In this document: in pieces, positions 1-7,375 of the stretch
How positions within the stretch are numbered: the stretch's first letter is position 1
Layout: each line of letters starts with the position of its first letter
Source: Chitinophagaceae bacterium
Lineage (GTDB): Bacteria > Bacteroidota > Bacteroidia > Chitinophagales > Chitinophagaceae
DNA: 35,411 bases
Assembly: GCA_021323155.1 (NCBI GenBank)
Contig: JAJTCI010000002.1
Location: 1-35,411 of the forward strand
Reading direction: 5' to 3'
Translations under genes and position numbers: made by a program
Notes under the pieces: model-generated
Databases searched by the model: none
What the model was told of the DNA's origin: nothing
What the model saw: only the letters and a program-made list of their open reading frames with translations

Positions 1-573
1 CATGAAAAATATATTGCCCCAGTGAAACAGGCAATGGTGCAATACAAAGACGATGACCGGGTAGATGGGCTGCTTTTCAAATACCTCCACTTTTATGGCA
101 GCTATGATTACTTAGGCAACAGCAGCAACTGGTACCGCCACGAGATCCGGGTGATCCGCAACAAGAAAAATATCTATAGCTATCGCGACGCCCAGGGTTT
201 CCGAAAGAATGATAATGAAAAGCTGGATGTAAAGCTGATCGATGCCTACATCTATCACTACGGGTGGGTGCGTGAACCTGGCGCGATGCAGGCCAAATTC
301 AACCACTTCGGTAAGTACTGGCTGGGGGACGAGTGGAGCGAAATGGCGGAGAAAACATTTGCGGGCGAATTCGACTATACACAGGTTGACAGCGTAGAAA
401 AATTCACCGGCACCCATCCAGCGGTAATGAAGGAAAGGATCACTCGGATGAACTGGAAGTTTGAAAGAGACCTTTCGTACAACAAGCTGAAGCCAAAAGA
501 GAAATTCAAACGACTGGTGGAAAAGCTTACCGGCAGGCGACCTTTCGAATATAAAAATTACCGGGTCATTTAA
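1..573 (+). CDS. Glycosyltransferase family 2-like protein, C-terminal fragment (5' end outside window)
   Basis: Frame 1 is open from base 1 into ORF 22..573, so the gene starts upstream of the window. The tail (YLHFYGSYDY..., HYGWVR..., WKFERD) resembles C-termini of Bacteroidota GT2 proteins. The catalytic region is not in the window, so the call rests on recognition only. Confidence 0.45.
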   Translation, partial: HEKYIAPVKQAMVQYKDDDRVDGLLFKYLHFYGSYDYLGNSSNWYRHEIRVIRNKKNIYSYRDAQGFRKNDNEKLDVKLIDAYIYHYGWVREPGAMQAKFNHFGKYWLGDEWSEMAEKTFAGEFDYTQVDSVEKFTGTHPAVMKERITRMNWKFERDLSYNKLKPKEKFKRLVEKLTGRRPFEYKNYRVI

Positions 574-1388
574 AGGAAGAGATCCGTGTACAATTTTGCA
601 CCTGGCATTACGGAATATTTTTCCAGGTCCGTAATACCTTCTTTCGCCAATACTTCTTCATCAATAAAGGTATTGCCTGTGCATTCAGCGGAAGGTTTAC
701 TGAGGATATAATACACCGCGTCGGCGATGATATCAGTGGTGCGGCTCATTTTTGCCAATGCATCTCCGCCCAGCAGGTTGCGCACAGCCGCGGTATCGAT
801 AGTGGTGCGGGGCCATAGCGCATTGGAGGCGATGCCATAAGACATAAACTCTTCCGACCAACCGAGTGCCATCATGCTCATGTTGTATTTGCTGAGCGTG
901 TAGGCAAGGTGTGGCTTGAACCATTTCAAGTCCATGTTCAAGGGAGGCGACAAAGTAAGAATATGGCCGTTGCCGCTTTTCTTGAGGTATGGCAGACAGG
1001 CACGTGTCACCAGAAACGTTCCCCGCACGTTAATGTTGTGCATCAGATCGAAGCGCTTAGGTTCTGTTTGTTCGGTATTGCTGAGTTGAATTGCGGAGGC
1101 ATTATTGATCAAGGCATCAATTCCCCCGAATGCATCAACGGTCTTCTGAACAGCATCTTTTACCTGGTCTTCGGAACGTATGTCAAGCTGCACGGCCAAC
1201 GCCTTTCCACCTGCTTCCTCTATTTCCTTAGCGGCGGAAAAAATAGTGCCGCCGAGTTTTGGATTCTCCTCCACGCTTTTGGCGGCGACTACAATATTCG
1301 CTCCTTCGGAAGCAAGCTTTAAAGCGATGGCTTTGCCGATGCCCCTGCTTGCGCCGGTGATGAAAATGGTCTTGTTCTTAAAGTTCAT
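570..1388 (-). CDS. Short-chain dehydrogenase/reductase (SDR) family oxidoreductase
   Basis: 272 aa with the Rossmann motif TGASRGIGKAIA near the N-terminus, NNAS, and the catalytic YxxxK (YTLSK). Its stop overlaps the convergent GT2 stop (ttaa at 570-573). Confidence 0.85.
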   Translation of the reverse strand: MNFKNKTIFITGASRGIGKAIALKLASEGANIVVAAKSVEENPKLGGTIFSAAKEIEEAGGKALAVQLDIRSEDQVKDAVQKTVDAFGGIDALINNASAIQLSNTEQTEPKRFDLMHNINVRGTFLVTRACLPYLKKSGNGHILTLSPPLNMDLKWFKPHLAYTLSKYNMSMMALGWSEEFMSYGIASNALWPRTTIDTAAVRNLLGGDALAKMSRTTDIIADAVYYILSKPSAECTGNTFIDEEVLAKEGITDLEKYSVMPGAKLYTDLFL

Positions 1389-1777
1389 TATTGCTGTGGG
1401 ATGCTGTGCAAACCTATGCGATTTCCCTCAGTATCCACGAACACTCCCATGAAACCATACTCCGGCGAAATCTCCATTTTTGGCACCACGATCTTCCCGC
1501 CCGCGGCTTCTACTTTACCAAGTACATTCTGGAGATCCGGGTTACCGTTGAGATAGATGAGTGGACCATCGGTGGATGAAGGTTTATGAAACCCCCCACT
1601 ATCTACAACTGCGCCACCCACTCCCGTCATGTCTTCGATCGGGAACATCCGCATTTTGATATTTTCCATGTCCATCGGTATTAACTGCAAACCGAAAATT
1701 GCTTCATAGAATTTAGTCGCCCTGTCAAGGTCAGTGGCCGGTATCTCGAACCAGCTGATCGCATTTTTGAAAGCCAT
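1388..1777 (-). CDS. VOC (glyoxalase/bleomycin-resistance fold) family protein
   Basis: 129 aa. The N-terminus (ISWFEIPATDLDRATKFYEAIFG) is typical of the VOC fold. Its stop overlaps the SDR start by 1 nt (TAATG), which suggests a two-gene operon. Confidence 0.75.
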   Translation of the reverse strand: MAFKNAISWFEIPATDLDRATKFYEAIFGLQLIPMDMENIKMRMFPIEDMTGVGGAVVDSGGFHKPSSTDGPLIYLNGNPDLQNVLGKVEAAGGKIVVPKMEISPEYGFMGVFVDTEGNRIGLHSIPQQ

Positions 1778-1789
1778 ATGGTTGTTGTT

Positions 1790-2296
1790 TTATTTTCTCC
1801 TGTATTCAAGATCGTACTCCGTGGTCCATGTCTTCCCGTCATCGTCGGAACGTTCGCCATGCTGGCGCACCTTGGTTTCACTCAATTTGTAGAACGTGAG
1901 CCTGCGCAGAAAGTTCTTGCCCCCAGGACCTGTGTTCTTATCCGCATAAAAGACCATTTTGTCCTTTTCGGCCCAACCCCTGAGGTATTCCGTAGAACCA
2001 CCGGAATTGTCTACCCAGGTTTGTTGCCATTGTTTTGTTGTACGGTTATACGTGTTGAAGCTCTTCCCCGTGTATCCCTGGGCGGCACTGGTCCAGTTTT
2101 CCAGGATGACGCAACTGTCCAGGAGCCGTTCAATCTTGCTAAAACCTGCCTTGCCTTTGGCGCCAAAGACTTCCCATTCTCCTATCCAGAAATCGAATTG
2201 CCTGTACATTGTGTCGGTCGAACATGGCCTCGCGGGGGCTTGCTGTGCCGGCGAATGAATACAAATCGCGAGTAATGGAATGAAAAGATATCTCAT
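1790..2296 (-). CDS. Secreted hypothetical protein
   Basis: I start the gene at the ATG at 2296 (MRYLFIPLLAICIHSPAQQ, a signal-peptide-like N-terminus), not at the upstream ORF start 2356. The mature part is Trp-rich (FDFWIGEWEV, KQWQQTWVD). I cannot name a family with confidence. Confidence 0.5.
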   Translation of the reverse strand: MRYLFIPLLAICIHSPAQQAPARPCSTDTMYRQFDFWIGEWEVFGAKGKAGFSKIERLLDSCVILENWTSAAQGYTGKSFNTYNRTTKQWQQTWVDNSGGSTEYLRGWAEKDKMVFYADKNTGPGGKNFLRRLTFYKLSETKVRQHGERSDDDGKTWTTEYDLEYRRK

Positions 2297-2361
2297 ATGT
2301 AGCAGTTTGATCACCATTGACAGTAAAAACAGCACCTTCGTTGTACCGTTCATCAAATGCC

Positions 2362-3042
2362 ATGACCGTTGCTGATCAAATAACCCGCTTCCTATTTAAC
2401 CTGCGGTTCCCCCTGGAGCTTAGTAATGGCGTGCAAGTTTTGGATGTGCACAAGGACACCTCGGTTCAAAAAGCCTGCATTTCATTCTACGAAAAATTTT
2501 ACGGTGACCAGCGAAATCGGTACATGCTTATCGGTATCAATCCAGGGCGTTTTGGCGGAGGCGTCACGGGCATCCCTTTCACAGACCCGGTGCGGCTTGA
2601 AAAGGATTGTGGAATCCCCAATCAGTGGCCCAAAAAACAGGAGCTTTCTTCTGTGTTCATGTACGAAATGATGCAAGCCTATGGGGGTGTTAAGGCGTTT
2701 TACGATGATATTTACATCACGGCCATAAGCCCGCTTGGTTTCGTAAAAGACGGAAAGAACCTCAATTATTATGATGATAAGTACCTGAAAGAAGCCATTA
2801 AACCTTTCGTAGTGCAATGCCTGGAAGCACAGCTGGCGTTTGGATTGCGGCGGGAGGCATGTTTCGTAATCGGTGAGGGGGAAAACCTGAAGTATTTCAC
2901 TGCACTGAATAACGAATACCAGTGGTTTCAAACTGTGGAAGCCGTTGCTCACCCTCGCTTCATTATGCAGTATAAACTGAAATTCAAACAGGATTATATT
3001 GATAAATACCTGGCCACTTTTAGAAAATACACCGGGGTTTGA
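2362..3042 (+). CDS. Uracil-DNA glycosylase superfamily protein (SMUG-like / DUF4918-like)
   Basis: The start is the ATG at 2362 (MTVADQ). The motif IGINPGRFGGGVTGIPFTDP resembles the GxNPG motif-1 of SMUG-type UDGs. HPRF lies near the C-terminus. Size is about 226 aa. Confidence 0.55.
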   Translation: MTVADQITRFLFNLRFPLELSNGVQVLDVHKDTSVQKACISFYEKFYGDQRNRYMLIGINPGRFGGGVTGIPFTDPVRLEKDCGIPNQWPKKQELSSVFMYEMMQAYGGVKAFYDDIYITAISPLGFVKDGKNLNYYDDKYLKEAIKPFVVQCLEAQLAFGLRREACFVIGEGENLKYFTALNNEYQWFQTVEAVAHPRFIMQYKLKFKQDYIDKYLATFRKYTGV

Positions 3043-3056
3043 AAACCCCTGCTCAA

Positions 3057-3064
3057 TATATTTG
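3057..3064 (+). promoter_or_regulatory. Candidate Bacteroidota -7 promoter box (TATATTTG = TAnnTTTG)
   Basis: Exact match to the TAnnTTTG consensus. It lies in the 40-nt gap after the UDG stop, 19 nt upstream of the ATG at 3083. Confidence 0.3.
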
Positions 3065-3082
3065 CAGTTCAAATTAAGTTAT

Positions 3083-3646
3083 ATGGATTACAGCAGGATC
3101 ATTTCAGTTACAGGGTTACCGGGATTACACGAATTATTGACGAGTAAGTCGGACGGTGCCATCGTTCGATCCCTGGAGGACAAAAGCACGCGTTTCGTGA
3201 GCAGCCGGGTACATCACTTTTCGCACCTGGAGAGTATCGAGGTATATACTCAGCGGGAGAATGTGAACCTGGTGGATGTATTCAATGCCATGGAAGGAAG
3301 TGAAGAAAGGTTGCCGGCGGAGAACGATCCCAAAGCCGTTACTGCCTATTTCCAGAAAGTGTATCCGGAAATGGACTTTGACAGGGTTTACTCCAGCGAT
3401 ATGAAGAAAATGATCCGTTGGTTCCGGTTATTGAAGGACAATGATGTTCACATCAAGCTTAGCGAATTGGAAGACGAGGCCAGCGAAAGCGAAGAAATGG
3501 TGGAGACTGAAGCTGCAGTTGAGACGCCGGCTGAAGAAAAGCCAAAGAAGAAAGCAGCCAACAAGAAAACCGAGCCGGCGGATGCTGACACGGCGGTTGC
3601 AGCGGAAAAGCCAAAGAAGAAGGCAGCTAAGAAAAAGGCTGAATAG
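3083..3646 (+). CDS. DUF5606-like protein with acidic then Lys-rich (histone H1-like) C-terminal tail
   Basis: The start is the ATG at 3083 (MDYSRIISVTGLPGLHELL...). The N-terminal ~130 aa resemble the DUF5606 family. The C-terminus is low complexity: EDEASESEEMVETEAAVETPAEE followed by KPKKKAANKK...KPKKKAAKKKAE. Confidence 0.55.
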   Translation: MDYSRIISVTGLPGLHELLTSKSDGAIVRSLEDKSTRFVSSRVHHFSHLESIEVYTQRENVNLVDVFNAMEGSEERLPAENDPKAVTAYFQKVYPEMDFDRVYSSDMKKMIRWFRLLKDNDVHIKLSELEDEASESEEMVETEAAVETPAEEKPKKKAANKKTEPADADTAVAAEKPKKKAAKKKAE

Positions 3647-3679
3647 ATTGCACCAGGTTTTGATCAATAATAACATTCG

Positions 3680-3704
3680 CTCCGGCCTACAGGCCGGAGT
3701 TTTG
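3680..3704 (+). terminator. Rho-independent terminator
   Basis: Stem CTCCGGCC, loop taca, stem GGCCGGAG (8-bp perfect stem), followed by TTTT. It lies 34 nt after the stop at 3646. Confidence 0.6.
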
Positions 3705-3777
3705 ATATAACACCGCCCGGTCAGTTCTTTCCCAGCGGTGCCGGGAGAAAGGTTTTTGTCCAACTAAATGCTTTAGT

Positions 3778-5409
3778 ATGAACGACTCTTTAATGAACGC
3801 GAATATTGAAAAGCTGCCCCGAAAGTTTATTCCCGGGAATTTCCAACTGACAACCTGGGAAGCCGTGGAACCGTATTTTATCGACCTGGTTCAGAGACCC
3901 ATCAACTCGAGGGAGGACCTGGAACAGTGGCTGCTGGACATGAGCGAAGTAGAAGCAGTGGTAAGCGAAGATGCGTGCTGGCGGCAGATAAAAATGACCT
4001 GCGACACCACCGATAAATCCCTTGAAGAGGCTTTTACCTTTTTTTGCACCCAGATACAGCCGAAACTTCAGCCGTATGCCGATCAACTGAACCGAAAATT
4101 ATTTGACTCCCCCTTCGTTGCGGAGCTTGACAAGCAAAAATTCTTCACCTACCTGAGAAATGTAAAGAAGAGTATTGATCTTTTCCGGGAACAGAATATT
4201 CCTATTCAATCAGAGCTCAGCGTGATGCAGGCAAGATGACGGTGACCGTGGACGGACAGGAATTTACATTGCAACAGGCAGCGAAATTTCTTGAAAGCCA
4301 TGACCGCAAACTGAGAGAAGAAGTGTACCACAAGATCAACGACAGGCGTGCGCAGGACAAAGATGCGTTACACGAATTATACAGCCAGCTGGTAGAGCGG
4401 AGAGACAAGATGGCAAAAAACGCAGGTTTTGAGAATTACCGCGACTACCGTTTCGTTCAAGATCAATGAGAAAAAACGAAAGAAGCTTGGGCTTGAGACG
4501 TTGAAGCCATGGGATACGGAAGCGCAGCCCGAAGACGTGAAGCCTTTGAACCCTTTTTCTACAAGTGATGAACTACTGGACAAAACACTTTCCTGTTTCA
4601 GGGAACTCAATCCATTCTTTGCCGATTGTATCCAGAAGATGAAAGAGATGGGGCATTTGGACCTGGAAAGCAGGAAAGGCAAGGCTCCGGGTGGGTACAA
4701 CTGTCCTTTAGCGGAAAGCGGCGCGCCATTCATCTTTATGAATGCTGCCGGCCAGATGCATGACGTAACTACGATGGTTCACGAAGGCGGACATGCCGTA
4801 CATTCATTCCTTGCCCACCACCTGGAGTTAAGCGCTTTCAAAGAATACCCAATGGAGATCGCCGAGGTGGCCAGTATGGCCATGGAATTGTTCAGCATGG
4901 ATCATTGGAAAGCATTTTTCGATAATGAAGGCGACCTTCAAAGGGCGAAAGAGCACCAGCTCGAAAGGGTGATCACCATTTTCCCATGGATCGCCACGAT
5001 CGACAAGTTCCAGCACTGGGTGTACGAGCATCCAAACCATTCTATTGAGGAAAGGACAGAGAACTGGTTACGCATACTGGAAGAATTCACCTCAAAAGAG
5101 ATTGACTTCTCCGGCCTGGAAGAATACAGGAAGATCAGCTGGCAGCGACAACTACATTTGTTCGAGGTGCCTTTTTATTATATTGAATATGGCATCGCAC
5201 AGCTTGGCGCAATCGGCATGTGGAGGCAGTACAAAAACGATCCGAAGAAAGCCATCGATAATTATATGTACGCATTAAGCCTGGGCGGCACGAAGACTTT
5301 GCCCGAACTATATGCAGCTGCCGGGTTGAAATTTGATTTCTCCCCTGGCCATATAAAAACGCTCATGGAGTTTGTTCGGACAGAGATGGACAAGCTCACC
5401 GAAGCATGA
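3778..5409 (+). pseudogene. M3 family oligoendopeptidase (PepF-like), reading frame interrupted twice
   Basis: Three consecutive ORFs together make one M3 peptidase: 3778..4239 (frame 1), 4236..4469 (frame 3) and 4396/4429..5409 (frame 1). The N-terminal helical region is in the first ORF. TLQQAAKFL...NAGFENYRDY is in the second. KRKKLGLETLKPWD plus the zinc motif HEGGH (HEXXH) are in the third. Confidence 0.7.
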
Positions 5410-5743
5410 TATAGGTCCAAAGGATTGCCGATACCAGGTAAAATAAGATGACCAAAGCGATGCACACACCCCTGTTTAGGGAGATATCCATTGCCGGTCC
5501 TTCCAGCTTTTTCATCCTGTATTTTTTGATCGCGAGGAATACGGTAAGCGGGATGAAAAAGAAAATAGAATATTGAAAACCATCCTTGACCCAGTGCTTA
5601 TGCAGAAGCATAGGAAAGGCATTTACCACCAGGAGTTTTAATAAAAAGAAGAAGGAGACGGTACTGGTAATTGATATAAAAGCGAGAGCGTTGAAATAAC
5701 CAAATGCTTTCGTTCCGATGTACATAAGAAACCGCCCCGCCAT
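5396..5743 (-). CDS. Hypothetical integral membrane protein
   Basis: About 115 aa with 3-4 hydrophobic segments. The ATG at 5743 overlaps the Fur-family stop by 1 nt (TGATG); a TTG lies one codon upstream at 5746. The 3' end overlaps the convergent peptidase gene by 14 nt. No family recognised. Confidence 0.45.
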   Translation of the reverse strand: MAGRFLMYIGTKAFGYFNALAFISITSTVSFFFLLKLLVVNAFPMLLHKHWVKDGFQYSIFFFIPLTVFLAIKKYRMKKLEGPAMDISLNRGVCIALVILFYLVSAILWTYIMLR

Positions 5744-6156
5744 CAATTACTACATTTGCCACATTTCCCACTGACCACAACGTCTGTTCTGCTTGCGGAG
5801 AATCCAATTGGGAGCTGAACGGGTGGAACGTTGCTTTCAAGGCAGTATGTAGTGCCGCAATCGTCACATAGAAAATGGATATGATCATCGTGGTGATGCC
5901 CTGCGACACATTCGTCTTTACAGAGTGCGTACTTTACCGAATTATCCGATGTGGGGATCGTATGGATGATACCTTTTTCGACGAATGTTTGTAGTGTTCG
6001 GTAAATGGTTACCCGGTCAAATTTATCGCCACTCATTTTTTCAATATCCGCATGTGCCAGTGCTCCATCCGACTGGAGGAAATAGTCCAGGATCTTTTTC
6101 CTGCTATCCGTGATGCTAAGTTGATTCCGCTTAAGTATGTCTGAGATGCCTGCCAT
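5743..6156 (-). CDS. Fur family transcriptional regulator (metal specificity unknown)
   Basis: 137 aa. N-terminal wHTH (RVTIYRTLQTFVEKGIIH), a His-rich site (GHHHDDHIHFLCDDCG) and a C-terminal CGKC, which is the typical Fur/Zur/PerR layout. Confidence 0.85.
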   Translation of the reverse strand: MAGISDILKRNQLSITDSRKKILDYFLQSDGALAHADIEKMSGDKFDRVTIYRTLQTFVEKGIIHTIPTSDNSVKYALCKDECVAGHHHDDHIHFLCDDCGTTYCLESNVPPVQLPIGFSASRTDVVVSGKCGKCSN

Positions 6157-6159
6157 TCG

Positions 6160-6810
6160 TTATGGATTATTGCCAAACAGGTTGGGCGCATTGCCACCGC
6201 CCTGTTTTTCTTTTAATAATTTGCGGATATCTTTCTTCAGCTTTTCAATCTCCGGAGATTTGAGTCCATCGTAGATGCCACGCACCCTACCGTTCTTATC
6301 GACCAGCGAAAAGAACTGTGAGTGGATAAAATCGTCTTCGAAATTCGTGACCACGTTCTTTGGATCGTCTATCAGGTAACTTGATCGTGCGGCTATATAA
6401 AGGCTGTCCTTTCTGCCAGTAAGTAAGATCCAACGGGCCGGATCCAGTTTCATCGAATCGGAGAACCGCTTCAGCCTGGCTACGCTATCTTTTTCCGGCA
6501 TACATGTGATCCCTACCACCTGGAAACTGCTTACGTCCGCGAAAGTTTCAAACACTTTCTTCATGTTCGAGTTCATGTTTGGACAGATATTCGGGCAGGT
6601 GGTAAAAAAATATTCGACCACCGAAACCTTTCCCTGGTAGTCTTCCTCTGTGAACTGTTCCCCCAATTGCGTAGTGAATGAAAAGGGCCTTACGTAGCTG
6701 AGGTTGGGGAGTTTGGGTTTCCAGTTATCGGTGCCGGCAAAAACAAACACGAAAAACAAGCTTACAAGGACTACGAAAAACGCCATATACCCTAACACAC
6801 GCTTACTCAT
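6160..6810 (-). CDS. SCO1/SenC family protein (thioredoxin fold, copper chaperone-like)
   Basis: 216 aa with an N-terminal membrane anchor and the CxxxC motif (CPNICP) in a thioredoxin-like context (YFFTTCPNICP). It lies 3 nt upstream of the fur-like gene. Confidence 0.8.
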   Translation of the reverse strand: MSKRVLGYMAFFVVLVSLFFVFVFAGTDNWKPKLPNLSYVRPFSFTTQLGEQFTEEDYQGKVSVVEYFFTTCPNICPNMNSNMKKVFETFADVSSFQVVGITCMPEKDSVARLKRFSDSMKLDPARWILLTGRKDSLYIAARSSYLIDDPKNVVTNFEDDFIHSQFFSLVDKNGRVRGIYDGLKSPEIEKLKKDIRKLLKEKQGGGNAPNLFGNNP

Positions 6811-6862
6811 GACGCAAAATTAAGCAGCCCGCATTTAACATAACCTATTTCAACAAATGTTT

Positions 6863-6877
6863 TGCAACCCCGTTGCA
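6863..6877. promoter_or_regulatory. 15-bp palindrome TGCAAC-ccc-GTTGCA in divergent sco / merC-like intergenic region
   Basis: Perfect 6+3+6 inverted repeat. It lies 23-37 nt upstream of the merC-like ATG (6900) and 53-67 nt upstream of the sco ATG (6810). It may be an operator, but it is not AT-rich like classical Fur boxes. Confidence 0.2.
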
Positions 6878-6899
6878 TTTGGTTAGATTTGCCGTCCGC

Positions 6900-7295
6900 A
6901 TGAAAGGTTTTAAGATCAACTGGGATGCTTTGGGTATCAGCGCCTCACTGGCCTGTGCTATTCATTGCGCCCTATTACCTTTGTTCCTGCAAAGTCTCCC
7001 GATTTTTGGCTTTAACATCATTGACAATGCGTTTTTCGAGGTTTTCATGATCTGCCTGGCTGCAGCAATCGGACTTTATTCCTTGTACCATGGCTGGAGA
7101 AAACACCATCATCGTATCGGCCCCCTTTTGTTTTTCAGTGCCGGTATGATATTCCTCTTCGCGAAACAGGCATGGCATGCCCACCAGCTTTGGTTCCTGG
7201 TACCTGCTGTTTCATTGATCGTGTACGCGCATTACCGGAATTTCCGTCTCTGCAGAATAGCGGGCCGTTGCCACACTTCCGGTTGCGAGCATTGA
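6900..7295 (+). CDS. MerC domain-containing membrane protein with Cys/His-rich C-terminus
   Basis: The start is the ATG at 6900. The first TM carries ACAIHCALLP, which is MerC-like. There are four hydrophobic segments and the tail is CRIAGRCHTSGCEH. Confidence 0.65.
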   Translation: MKGFKINWDALGISASLACAIHCALLPLFLQSLPIFGFNIIDNAFFEVFMICLAAAIGLYSLYHGWRKHHHRIGPLLFFSAGMIFLFAKQAWHAHQLWFLVPAVSLIVYAHYRNFRLCRIAGRCHTSGCEH

Positions 7296-7375
7296 GCTTA
7301 CCTTAGACGTGGCTGACCGGTGTCCCTGAAATATCTATATTGCTACCGGGTCCGTTAAATCACCTTATCACCATT

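Noticed and set aside
2482-3072. 196-aa ORF on the minus strand
   Set aside because: It is antisense to the UDG-like gene, which carries the GINPG motif. The ORF has no recognisable features.
3441-3710. 89-aa extremely basic ORF (RRRLKKSQRRKQ...) on the plus strand
   Set aside because: It is an alternative frame of the Lys/Glu-rich tail of the DUF5606-like gene and runs through the terminator hairpin. It is a by-product of the purine-rich repeat.
4225-4470. Programmed ribosomal frameshifting as the explanation for the split M3 peptidase
   Set aside because: Neither junction has a slippery heptamer, a homopolymer at the right position or a downstream structure. Two opposite shifts within 230 nt would be needed. 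Gene decay or assembly error is simpler.
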